Part shown: piece by piece, positions 8,353 through 17,228 of the stretch
How the letters are laid out: each line of letters begins with the position of its first letter
Position numbering within the stretch: position 1 is the stretch's first letter
NCBI GenBank assembly: GCA_039933845.1
Contig: JBDTNH010000002.1
Span: 1,411-65,410, forward strand
DNA length: 64,000 nt
From: Gemmatimonadota bacterium
GTDB lineage: Bacteria > Gemmatimonadota > Gemmatimonadetes > Gemmatimonadales > GWC2-71-9
Reading direction: 5' to 3'
Position numbers and translations under genes: made by a program
The notes under the pieces: generated by a model
Database searches by the model: none
Seen by the model: only the letters and a program-made list of their open reading frames with translations
What the model was told of the DNA's origin: nothing

Positions 8353-11300
8353 GGTGTGATACTCCTGTTGGGTGATGGTGCGTCCGCCGGACGACGGATG
8401 GTGTGAAACAACACGGGAACCAGGAACAGCGTGATGGGGGTCGAGAGTGCGAGCCCACCCAACACGGCAAGGGCGAGCGGGCGCTGCATGTCGCTGCCGG
8501 GGCCGAGGCCGAGGGCCAGGGGCAGCAGGCCAAACAGGGTGCAGAGGGTGGTCATGAGGATCGGCCTGAGGCGGACGCGTGCGGCGGCCTCAATCGCCAT
8601 TCGAATCGGGGCACCGGCACGCATCTCTGCATCGGCGAATTCAAGCAGAATGATGCCATTCTTGACCACGAGCCCGACGAGGAAGATCATCCCCATCACG
8701 CTCGAGACATTGAGCACGGTGCCGGTCAGCCACAGCGCCCCAAGCGCCCCACTCACCGACAGCGGCGCCGCGAGCAGGATGATCAGCGGCTCGACGAACG
8801 ATCGGAACTGCACGACCATTACCGCCACCACCGAGACGCCGGCGAGCAACAGGACGGCGAGCAGCGCACGAAACGCAGCCCGCTGGCCGGCGTCCTGTCC
8901 GGCAATCCGGACCTGGATGCCGTGAGGTGGTGGTGTCGCCGCAAGCACGGCGCGGACATCGGTCATGACGGCGCCGAGCGCGCGTCCGCCGAGGTCGCCG
9001 GTGAGCGTGAGCAGTTGTTGCTGATCCTCCCGTCGCAGCTCGCCGCGCACGAGTTCGGGCTGCATCGAGGCGAGTGCATTGAGCGGCAGGGCCGTCGCGC
9101 TGGCGGGCGCCAGAATCGGCAAGACGGCGAGTGCCGCCGGATCGAAGCGTACGGCGTCGGGGGCGCGGACGCGGATACCGATGGCCCGATCGTCAAGCAG
9201 GACCGCACCAGCCGGCACACCCATGAGCGCACCGCGCACTTGTTGCTCGACATCGCCGGGCGCGAGCCCCGCGCGCCGGATTGCGACGGCATCGACATTG
9301 AGCGCCATCTCCGCGGCGGGTTCACTCACGCCGCTGTACAGATCGACGAGTCCTTCGACCGGCTCGAGTTGCGTCGTCAAGCTGTCTGCGTACGCCTCGA
9401 GTGCATGCAGATCCGGGCCGAAGAGCTTCAGTTCCACCGGATTGTGGACACCGGCCAAATCATTGATGACATCGGTGAGGATCTGCACGAATTCGATCTG
9501 CAACTGCGGTGCGGCCGATTCGATTTGCTGCCGTACCCCATCAATCACAGCTGCGGTTGATCGGTCGCGCTGGTTCATCGGCCGAAGGCGCACGATGAAG
9601 TCGCCGGTGTTCTGGCCGGTGGCAAACAGTCCGAGCTCGGCGCCGGTCCGCCTGGAGAAGGCCTCGACTTCGGGCGTGTGCACCAGGATCTGTTCGACGA
9701 CGCGGAGTTGCCGATCGGTCTCGGGCAGTGCGGTTCCGCCGGGCGTGAAATAGTCGAGGACGAACGCCCCCTCGTCGATTTCGGGCAGGAATCCGGTCCC
9801 GACGGTGCGGTACATCAGTCCGGCCGCGATCAACAGTCCGAGGGCCACCAGCCACGCGAACCGAGGTCGGTCGAGGAGTCTGTCGAGCAAATGCGCATAC
9901 CGCGACGCGAGCGAGGTGTCCGAGGAGGGATCATCCAGCACCTCGACGGCAGGCGAACTGCGCAGATAGCTCGTGGCGAGCAACGGGATGATCGTGAACG
10001 CGAGGACCAGGGAGACCAGCACCGCGACCGAGAGGGTCAGTCCGAGTGTCCGGAAGAACTGTCCTTCGACACCGCCGAGCAGGCCGAGTGGCAGGAACAC
10101 CACGATGGTGGTGAGTGTCGACGTGGTCACGGGCCAGTGCAGCTCACGCACCGCATCGGCCACGGCTCGGAATCGATCGGGCGTTTGGCGAACATGGCGG
10201 ACGATGTTCTCGGTGACGACCACGGCGTCGTCGATCACCAGGCCGATCGCCACCGCCATGGCGCCGAGCGTCATCAGGTTGAACGACTGGCCGAGCAGTG
10301 CCATGACGAAGGTGGTGATCGCCATCGTGACGGGAATCACCGCCGCGGAGATCGCGGTGACTCGGATGTCGCGGAGGAAGGCCAGCAGCACCAGGACCGC
10401 GAGGACGGCCCCGACGAGCATCGCATCGCGTACCGAGCGAATCGCATCGCGAACCAGCATCGCCTGATCGTAGACCGGGACGAGTCGGACCCCGGGCGGC
10501 AACTCTGCTGCAAGGGTCCGGGCAGTGCCGGCGATACTGTCGGCGATCGCCAAGGTATTGCCACCGACCTGGCGGCTCACCGTGATGAACGCCGCGGGCG
10601 CGCCGCCACCGGTCACCAGCATCGTCCGGTCGGTGGTGCCGACCCGGACATCGGCGACGTCGCGCACCCGCAACACCGGTGAGATTGGCAGCGCCGCCAC
10701 ATCCTCGGCAGCGTGGACTTCTCGACCCCCGAGGAGCAGGTATTGACGGTACGAGGTCGGCAAGGGACCGAGCGCCGTGACGGTGCTTGCGCCCTTGATC
10801 GCCGCCGCCAAATCCTCCCATGTCATGCCGCGCGCCGCGAGGCGGACCGGGTCGGCGACGACTTCGATCTCCCGCTCCACACTACCCATCACGTCGACGC
10901 GTGCGACGCCGGGAACACGGGAGAAGAGTGGGCGCAATTGATACCGGGCGATGTCGAGCAGCTCAGCGGGATCGCCGCCCTCGAGATTGTACGAGAGAAT
11001 CGGGAAGAGTGATGGCGTCAGGCGCTCGACCTGCAGCGTGACCCCGGCGGGCAGGTCTCCCTGGATCTGATTGACCCGCGCCTGCACTTGCTGCAATGCG
11101 ACCGGCATGTCGGTGTTCGGCGCGAACGACACCGTGGTCTCGCTGCCACCGCGGATCGCGCGCGACTCGACGCGGTTCACGCCGGGCACGACGGTCACGG
11201 CCTCTTCGATCGGACGGGTCACTCCGAAGAGGACCTGCCGAACGCCCAGCGCCGATGCATCGACGACAACCGTGATCCGCGAGAATTCGAGCTCAGGGTA

Positions 11301-11417
11301 GATGGACGAAGGGGTGTGGAGCGCCGCCCAGATACCGGCGATGCTGAGCGCGGCCACGGCCAGATGGATCGCACGCCGCTGGCGGTGAAGCCATCCTGCT
11401 GCCGAGTCGTCGCTCAC
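8349..11417 (-). CDS. RND efflux transporter permease (AcrB/CzcA superfamily)
   Basis: 1022 aa with 12-TM architecture. TM4 motif AIGLVIDDAVVVTENI. GTG start overlaps the MFP stop (GTGA). Confidence 0.9.
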   Translation of the reverse strand: MSDDSAAGWLHRQRRAIHLAVAALSIAGIWAALHTPSSIYPELEFSRITVVVDASALGVRQVLFGVTRPIEEAVTVVPGVNRVESRAIRGGSETTVSFAPNTDMPVALQQVQARVNQIQGDLPAGVTLQVERLTPSLFPILSYNLEGGDPAELLDIARYQLRPLFSRVPGVARVDVMGSVEREIEVVADPVRLAARGMTWEDLAAAIKGASTVTALGPLPTSYRQYLLLGGREVHAAEDVAALPISPVLRVRDVADVRVGTTDRTMLVTGGGAPAAFITVSRQVGGNTLAIADSIAGTARTLAAELPPGVRLVPVYDQAMLVRDAIRSVRDAMLVGAVLAVLVLLAFLRDIRVTAISAAVIPVTMAITTFVMALLGQSFNLMTLGAMAVAIGLVIDDAVVVTENIVRHVRQTPDRFRAVADAVRELHWPVTTSTLTTIVVFLPLGLLGGVEGQFFRTLGLTLSVAVLVSLVLAFTIIPLLATSYLRSSPAVEVLDDPSSDTSLASRYAHLLDRLLDRPRFAWLVALGLLIAAGLMYRTVGTGFLPEIDEGAFVLDYFTPGGTALPETDRQLRVVEQILVHTPEVEAFSRRTGAELGLFATGQNTGDFIVRLRPMNQRDRSTAAVIDGVRQQIESAAPQLQIEFVQILTDVINDLAGVHNPVELKLFGPDLHALEAYADSLTTQLEPVEGLVDLYSGVSEPAAEMALNVDAVAIRRAGLAPGDVEQQVRGALMGVPAGAVLLDDRAIGIRVRAPDAVRFDPAALAVLPILAPASATALPLNALASMQPELVRGELRREDQQQLLTLTGDLGGRALGAVMTDVRAVLAATPPPHGIQVRIAGQDAGQRAAFRALLAVLLLAGVSVVAVMVVQFRSFVEPLIILLAAPLSVSGALGALWLTGTVLNVSSVMGMIFLVGLVVKNGIILLEFADAEMRAGAPIRMAIEAAARVRLRPILMTTLCTLFGLLPLALGLGPGSDMQRPLALAVLGGLALSTPITLFLVPVLFHTIRRPADAPSPNRSITP

Positions 11418-12457
11418 GGAGCGATGCCGACCGTCGTGCTGTCGACCATGCCGTAGGCGCCGGTGGTGACGACGCGTTCACCGCGCTCAAGCCCCTTCGC
11501 GATCGACGCGAACGCCGCGTTTCGGCCGACGACAGTTACGTCTCTGTGGAGCACCATGCCGTCCGCATCGACCACGTAGACGATGAAGCCGTCGCCTTCG
11601 GGGACGAGCGCCTCGATCGGGACGACGACCGCATCGGGCGTGTGTCCCGCAACGATCGCGGCCTGGACGGACTCGCCAAGTCGGAGAGACGGGTGACGAC
11701 CCGCAACCCGCAATCGGATGCGAACGGTTCCGCCCGTCGGATCGACCAACGGCGAGATCGTGAGAACCTCGCCGACACCGAGCGAATCACCATTGGTGGC
11801 TACACTCTGGAGGGTGGCCTGCATCCCTGGCCGCAATTGCCTCGCGACGTCCGGCGGTACATCCAGGACGATCTCGAGGTGATTCGGGTCGACGACCTCG
11901 ACCAGGACGGTGCCGGGATCGACGGTGGCACCGAGGATGGCGGTCATCGAAGCCACGATACCGGCAATCGGCGACCGCAATTCTGCCCGTTCTGCACTCA
12001 GGCGCGTGCCAACCGCGTCGGCGCGTGCCGCCGCGAGCTCGGCGGCGCGCTGCTCGACCTCGCGCTCTGCCACCAATCCGTCCTTCTCGAGGCGCACCGC
12101 CCGTTGCCACGCGGCCTCTGCGGCATCGAGGCGAGCGGTGGCACTCTGGAGCTGCGCCTGAAATGCGGGAAGGTCAAGGCTCACAAGCGGTGTACCCGCC
12201 TTGACGGCATCGCCTTGGCTCACATGAATCGCCGTGACCCGGCTCTGTGCTGGTGCCCCCAGACTCGCGAGGAATCCGTCGCGGGCCACCACCCGCCCCA
12301 ACGCCGTCACCGTAGTGACGAACGTATCAGTTCGCGCCATAGCGGTGGCGACGGTCGGGGGCACCAGTTCGGGGGGGGGCGCCGCATCGCCGCCGCAGGC
12401 CGAGCCGAGGAGGGCGAGGACAACGAGGGTCCATTGCGGTGCGATCGGACGGGTCAT
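11414..12457 (-). CDS. efflux RND periplasmic adaptor (MFP/HlyD family)
   Basis: 347 aa. Lipoprotein-like N-terminus (LLGSACGG), coiled-coil hairpin region, beta-barrel C-terminus. ATGA overlap with the TolC-like gene. Confidence 0.85.
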   Translation of the reverse strand: MTRPIAPQWTLVVLALLGSACGGDAAPPPELVPPTVATAMARTDTFVTTVTALGRVVARDGFLASLGAPAQSRVTAIHVSQGDAVKAGTPLVSLDLPAFQAQLQSATARLDAAEAAWQRAVRLEKDGLVAEREVEQRAAELAAARADAVGTRLSAERAELRSPIAGIVASMTAILGATVDPGTVLVEVVDPNHLEIVLDVPPDVARQLRPGMQATLQSVATNGDSLGVGEVLTISPLVDPTGGTVRIRLRVAGRHPSLRLGESVQAAIVAGHTPDAVVVPIEALVPEGDGFIVYVVDADGMVLHRDVTVVGRNAAFASIAKGLERGERVVTTGAYGMVDSTTVGIAP

Positions 12458-13713
12458 GGTGCCTCCGGGGCCAGGAGCCCCACGTGTTCCAGTACAACCG
12501 CCGCGATCATCGCATCGGCGAGATGGTGCGCCCGCATGACGCGGATCTCGCGTGCGATGCGTGCTGCCTCGAGGACCGCCGCCAATCCGGTCTCGCCTTC
12601 GCGATAGCCCTGGACTGCCATCTGCTCGAGGTCGTCGGCGGTGGTGAGCAGGGTGTCATCTCGCCCGAGCCGCTCCATCGCCGACGCGAATTGCTCGCGG
12701 TACAACACCAACTGGGCATCGAGCTCACGCCGCAACGTGGTCCGCACCGCACCCGCGCGGATCGCTTCCGCCTCGGCGATGGCGGTGGCGCCGCGGCCGC
12801 GGTTGAACAGTGGAATCGGAATGCTCACGCCGATGACCGGCAGCAGTTGATGGTTGGCCACGGCCGGGTCACCGAACTCGATGCCGGTGAGGAGTGAGGT
12901 GCCACTCCACCGAGTGTGACGCGCGCTCCGGATCGCCTCGTCGGCGGCGCGCGCGCTGGCGTCCGCGGCGAGAAGGTCGGCGTTCAGGCGACTCGGTGCC
13001 GGGACAACGGGTGCGGTGAGGGAATCGGTGAGCGTCCAGTGGATCACGCTCGTGGAATCGCCCGCCGCGCGTTGCAGTGCCAGCATCGCCGCCCGCAGGT
13101 CCAGGGAGTCGCCTGCGACCTGATCGCGTGACCGTGCCGCCGACAGTGCGGCGAGCGAGGCATCGAACCGACTGGTCTCCCCGGCTGCCAAGCCGGCACG
13201 CGACATCGCCGCCAACTGTTCGGCGGTCGTGGCGTCAGCCGCACTGGCTCGAGTGACCGCTTCGGCCTCAAGGGCCCGGAGATACAGGGTGTCGGCGGTC
13301 ATGGCCGCATTGATCTGTGCGGCACTCCAACCCAGGCGGAACGCCTCCGCGGAGGAGCGCGCGGCGCGGAGGCGGGAGCTCCGGATGCCTGGGAGATCGA
13401 TCGGCCAGGAGAGTTCGACGTGGTATTGGGGTGCCGACTTGGTCCACGAGGTGGCGAGCCCGGGATCGGCCCACAGCCCAGCATCCCGCACCAGAGCGGC
13501 ACCCAAGGCCGTATCAGCGGCCGCGACCTCAAGGGTAGGTCCACCGTCGGCGGCCATCGCGCGCGCGTCGAGGCGGGAGACCGGACGCGACGCCGATTGG
13601 GCGCCGAGACCGCCTGCAGCGACCATGGCGACGAGGAGGAAAAGGCCGGTCTGACGGGGAATCATGTCCGCGAACCATACCGTCATGACCTGACAGTGGG
13701 CTGACATCGCCAC
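12454..13713 (-). CDS. TolC-family outer membrane efflux protein
   Basis: 419 aa with a two-repeat alpha-helical/beta-barrel OMF pattern. The true start may be the internal MIPRQTGLFLLVAMVAAGG (about 13665). Confidence 0.8.
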   Translation of the reverse strand: MAMSAHCQVMTVWFADMIPRQTGLFLLVAMVAAGGLGAQSASRPVSRLDARAMAADGGPTLEVAAADTALGAALVRDAGLWADPGLATSWTKSAPQYHVELSWPIDLPGIRSSRLRAARSSAEAFRLGWSAAQINAAMTADTLYLRALEAEAVTRASAADATTAEQLAAMSRAGLAAGETSRFDASLAALSAARSRDQVAGDSLDLRAAMLALQRAAGDSTSVIHWTLTDSLTAPVVPAPSRLNADLLAADASARAADEAIRSARHTRWSGTSLLTGIEFGDPAVANHQLLPVIGVSIPIPLFNRGRGATAIAEAEAIRAGAVRTTLRRELDAQLVLYREQFASAMERLGRDDTLLTTADDLEQMAVQGYREGETGLAAVLEAARIAREIRVMRAHHLADAMIAAVVLEHVGLLAPEAP

Positions 13714-13716
13714 CGC

Positions 13717-15018
13717 CTAGTGTTGCGCCCGGGGACCCGAAGCTGCTGGCAGGATCAGGGTCGCCGTGGTCCCCACGGGGGTCGCGCCGGTCAGCTCGAT
13801 CCGTCCGCGGTGCGCGGTGGCGATCCATTGGGCGATCGAGAGACCAAGCCCCGCCCCAGGCTGCCGACCCTCACGGGGTGGGGCGGCCCCGCGGACGAAG
13901 CGATCGAAGACGCGGTCCCGATCGTCGAGGGAGATCCCGGGACCCGTATCCGTGATGGCGACGTACGCCTCACCCTCCATGACGCCCACCGCCACCGTGA
14001 TGGCCCCTCGGGGGGGGGTAAACTTGATGGCGTTGTCGAGCAGGATCATGATGGCCTGCCGGAGCAGGGCGGGATCCGCTTTGACATCGGCCTGCTCGAA
14101 GGTGGTGATCTCGAGGCTGAGCCCTGCCACCGTGGCGAGGGAGCGTGCGGCGCCACAGGAGTCGAGCACGAGGTCGTCGAGATGGCAGGCCACCGGCTCG
14201 ATCGGACGCTCGCCCGCATCGGCATGTGCCAACAACAGCAGGTCGCCCACGAGTCCACTCAGTCGCTCCGATTCGGCGGCGATGCCTTCGAGCGCCTCGC
14301 GGTAGGTCGCCGTGTCGCGCGGCTGGAGGAGTGCCACCTCTGCGCGGGTTCGGAGCACGGCGACGGGCGTGCGCAGTTCGTGGGCCGCGTCGGCCATGAA
14401 CTGGCGCATCCGGGAGATGCCGAGCTCGACCGGCTCCATCGAGCGGTCGACCAGGATGCGGCCGGCAAGCGCGACCAGCAAGAGTGCCACCAGCGCCGCA
14501 GCCCCGAAAGCCGTGATCAGGGAGGCGTACTGTTCCTCGAGTTCGACTTCGTCAGCGACCACCACGGCGATCCGATAAAGCTCACCGGAGACGACAAACG
14601 ACTCCGAGTGGATCCGGAGGGTGCGATCGTTGGTGACCTCGGTGGTCACATCCAGCGTCGCCCCTGCCGGGGTCCGGCGCGCCGCATCGACCACCCAGGG
14701 TTCGGCGTCGGTCGGCCTGATCGGCGCGCCATCGGCGCTCATCAGGTAGAGCGAACGATCGGGGATCCGGAGTTCGTCGAGGGCGTCGACTACGGTGCCG
14801 GTCGCCCCCGCCTCCAGATCACGAATCCGTGACGCGCGAATCACCTCGGCGGTGGCGCGGGCAAGCGAGGCATCGAGCTCGGCCTGAAACTGCTGGCGGA
14901 TGGTGAGAAACAGGCCCACGCCGAGCAGGCCGAGCATGAGCGCCATGGTGAGCAGGTACCAGCGGGTGAGCTGGCGTCGCGCGGTGCGGACCGCAGTTGA
15001 TCTGGGTATCGCGCTCAT
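13717..15018 (-). CDS. sensor histidine kinase (CusS/heavy-metal sensor-like)
   Basis: The real start is MSAIPRSTAVRT... (ATG at 15018, ATGA overlap with the regulator stop). Two TM segments, H-box FMADAAHELRTPVAVL, N/G boxes LLDNAIKFTP and GAGLGLSIA. The 178-codon N-terminal extension in the ORF track is Arg/Pro-rich shadow. Confidence 0.85.
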   Translation of the reverse strand: MSAIPRSTAVRTARRQLTRWYLLTMALMLGLLGVGLFLTIRQQFQAELDASLARATAEVIRASRIRDLEAGATGTVVDALDELRIPDRSLYLMSADGAPIRPTDAEPWVVDAARRTPAGATLDVTTEVTNDRTLRIHSESFVVSGELYRIAVVVADEVELEEQYASLITAFGAAALVALLLVALAGRILVDRSMEPVELGISRMRQFMADAAHELRTPVAVLRTRAEVALLQPRDTATYREALEGIAAESERLSGLVGDLLLLAHADAGERPIEPVACHLDDLVLDSCGAARSLATVAGLSLEITTFEQADVKADPALLRQAIMILLDNAIKFTPPRGAITVAVGVMEGEAYVAITDTGPGISLDDRDRVFDRFVRGAAPPREGRQPGAGLGLSIAQWIATAHRGRIELTGATPVGTTATLILPAASGPRAQH

Positions 15019-15683
15019 GTGCGCAACCGGTAGCCCGCACCGCGGATGGTCTCGAGCATCGGTTCGGCATCGTCGTCGTCGAGCTTCCTGCGAAGGCGTC
15101 GGACGAGGACATCGAGCACGTTGGTGAACGGATCGTGGTTCTCGTCCCAGACCGCGGCGGTGATGGTCGGGCGATCGACCAGCACACCCGCGCGGCGCGC
15201 GAGAATTTCGAGCAGTGCGAATTCCTTGATGGTGAGCTGGAGCTCGCGACCGGCGCGCACGGCCGAGCGCGCGACGAAATCGATCTCGAGATCGCCGACG
15301 GTGAGGAGGTCCGGCACGAGTGGTGTCGGGCGGCGCGCGAGGGCGCGAAGGCGTGCGACCAGTTCCGCGAAGGCGAATGGCTTGACGAGATAGTCGTCGG
15401 CGCCCGCGTCGAGGCCGGTCACCCGGTCCTGGATTGCATCGCGGGCGGTGAGCATGAGGATCGGAGTGGCATCGCCGGCCTGCCGAAGGCCGCGGCAGAG
15501 GTCGATCCCGGATCCGTCCGGGAGTGCCACGTCGAGGATCAACGCCTGCCACTGCCCCTCGATCGCGCGGCGATGCCCGTCGGCGCAGGTCGAAGCGTGT
15601 TCGGTGTGCAGGCCCTGCTCCCCCAAGCCGCGGAGCAGCGTCGCCGACAGGTGGGGGTCATCCTCGATCAGGAGGTACTTGAT
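15015..15683 (-). CDS. OmpR-family response regulator (CusR/CopR-like); start codon non-canonical or mutated
   Basis: Receiver plus winged-helix domains: ILDVALPDGSGIDL, YLVKPFAFAELVARLRALARR, GYRL. The receiver acidic pocket (KYLLIEDD) lies upstream of the only canonical start (TTG at 15626). The first plausible codon is ATC at 15683, with GGAG 6 nt upstream. Confidence 0.75.
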   Translation of the reverse strand: MKYLLIEDDPHLSATLLRGLGEQGLHTEHASTCADGHRRAIEGQWQALILDVALPDGSGIDLCRGLRQAGDATPILMLTARDAIQDRVTGLDAGADDYLVKPFAFAELVARLRALARRPTPLVPDLLTVGDLEIDFVARSAVRAGRELQLTIKEFALLEILARRAGVLVDRPTITAAVWDENHDPFTNVLDVLVRRLRRKLDDDDAEPMLETIRGAGYRLRT

Positions 15684-15712
15684 GCTCGACTCCGGCTAGC
15701 GGGAGCCCCAGC

Positions 15713-16114
15713 CTACTCCGGACGGACCGAGAACGGCAAGGTGCCGCGGATCACATGACCGTCGGCGCTCGCGGTGCGCCACGCGATCTGGTAGTTGCCG
15801 CCGGGGATCTCGTCCGTGATCTGGCTGATCAGGAGCGTCGAGTCCTTCGGGCTCAGCGTCACGGGGCCCAGCTCGACCTTGCCGGTCGGCCCGGTGAGCG
15901 TGATGCTTGAGAGGCGAGCGTTCGGGGCCTCGGAGAACCAGAGGCAGATCTGGGTCGGCGGGGATGCGAGGAGGGTGTCCGTGCCGGGCTGTGACTTGGT
16001 GAGCCGCAAATGCATGTCAGATGTCGACTCCGCCCGGTTGGGCACGACGACACTGATCAACAGGACCAGGCAGGCACTCGCGGCCAGGTGGGAAAGGGTC
16101 CGCCACATCAGCAT
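15713..16114 (-). CDS. copC: CopC-domain copper-binding periplasmic protein
   Basis: Tail of ORF 15713..16414: MLMWRTLSHLAASACLVLL... then HLRLTKSQPGTDTLL...ADGHVIRGTLPFSV (CopC fold signature). AAGGAG lies upstream of ATG 16114/16108. Confidence 0.75.
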   Translation of the reverse strand: MLMWRTLSHLAASACLVLLISVVVPNRAESTSDMHLRLTKSQPGTDTLLASPPTQICLWFSEAPNARLSSITLTGPTGKVELGPVTLSPKDSTLLISQITDEIPGGNYQIAWRTASADGHVIRGTLPFSVRPE

Positions 16115-16165
16115 TGCTCCTTCGAGAGACTCGGGACGACCGCATCCAAACCTATATTGGTCACC

Positions 16166-16627
16166 ATGAAACGGTTGCCAATACTCATGACGGTTCTGAC
16201 GCTCGCAAGTTGCACCAGCACCGATCCGATCGTCGACAGGATCCGGAATGTCGAGGTCTCGAGTGGCGATCTCACGGTGCGATCCGCCTACGCGCTGGTG
16301 CCGTTCAGCAACAGCCCGATGCCCGCCTACCTCTCGATCGAGAATCGTGGCAGCGAGCCCGACACGCTGCTCGCGGTGCAGGCCGGGGAGGGCTTTCCGG
16401 TTCCGAGCCTGCATGGAGCCGAGATGCAGCGCCTGGTGACGGTGGCCATCGGCGGGGGGGAATCAGTGGGATTTGCGCCAGGCGGTCGGCATATCATGTT
16501 CGAGCCGCCGCTGCCCGCAGTGTTTCGGGGGGATTCGTTGCAGCTCAGCCTCACCTTTGCCCGGGCGGGCACGGTGGTGATCCAGGCGTTCGTGATCGGG
16601 TACGACGAGGTGGACGCGGTGCGATGA
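16166..16627 (+). CDS. copper chaperone PCu(A)C (DUF461) lipoprotein
   Basis: MKRLPILMTVLTLASC lipobox. Contains YLSIENRG, LHGAEM and GGRHIMF (H-x-M copper site). Divergent from copC. Confidence 0.8.
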   Translation: MKRLPILMTVLTLASCTSTDPIVDRIRNVEVSSGDLTVRSAYALVPFSNSPMPAYLSIENRGSEPDTLLAVQAGEGFPVPSLHGAEMQRLVTVAIGGGESVGFAPGGRHIMFEPPLPAVFRGDSLQLSLTFARAGTVVIQAFVIGYDEVDAVR

Positions 16628-16674
16628 CCCGGGTGACCCCAGATCGGGGTCACCGGGTCGGTGCGGCGGCGTGC

Positions 16675-17058
16675 CTACGCGTCGTCGCTTCGGGCGGGGT
16701 TGCGGCGCAGCCGACGGCGACCGGTCTTCGTGAAGCCAAGGGACTTGGGATCCTTGCCCAGATTGCCCATGAACCACTCGACCGCCTCGAGCCCGTAGAC
16801 CGGCTGGATCACGCGGCTGTGCTTCTGGTAGGGCTTGCCACCGCGGAGGCCGACGGCCTCGAGCATGGCCCGGGCCTCCTGGGCCTCAGCCATCGAGCCG
16901 AGGGTGAGTCGCACCTCGTGCCCCTTCTTGTAGACATCGGTCCCGTATTCGCGCGCATCGGCACGTGACTGGGTCCGGACATAGCCACCGTCAACGAACA
17001 TGCGCCGCAACCGTGCGGCAGCCGTCCGCTTCGGGACGGTCGTGGTCTTCCGCGCCAT
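16675..17058 (-). CDS. hypothetical small basic protein
   Basis: Probable start MARKTTTVPKRTAAARLRR (ATG at 17058, GGAGGA 6 nt upstream). 127 aa with Lys/Arg-rich termini. No family recognised. Confidence 0.45.
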   Translation of the reverse strand: MARKTTTVPKRTAAARLRRMFVDGGYVRTQSRADAREYGTDVYKKGHEVRLTLGSMAEAQEARAMLEAVGLRGGKPYQKHSRVIQPVYGLEAVEWFMGNLGKDPKSLGFTKTGRRRLRRNPARSDDA

Positions 17059-17228
17059 TCCTGATCCTCCAGGCTCGTGTCCCCCCCCGCGAATCGGGGG
17101 GGTCAGGGAGGATAGCAGGGGGGGGATGGGGGCGCTAGGCCCGCCCACGGGTGGTCCAGCCCTCCGGGCTGGACAGCGCCCGGGCTCGGCGAAGAGGGCG
17201 GGTAAACCCGCCTTCCTCCAAAATATCA

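Noticed and set aside
8349-11417. Calling the RND pump a CusA/CzcA heavy-metal exporter from its copper-related neighbours
   Set aside because: The TM4 motif seen (GLVIDDAVVVTENI) does not match the CzcA-type DFG..DGA..VEN pattern I recall, and the CusA Met triad cannot be verified without an alignment. The call was kept generic.
13717-15552. Long N-terminal extensions in the ORF track (histidine kinase 611 aa; also 2210..4012, 39588..41150, 61607..63865, 43798..45516, 25518..27101, 54235..55530)
   Set aside because: The extensions are Arg/Pro-rich, overlap the upstream gene, and an internal ATG/GTG sits exactly at an ATGA/GTGA/TGATG junction with the upstream stop. The shorter starts were adopted.
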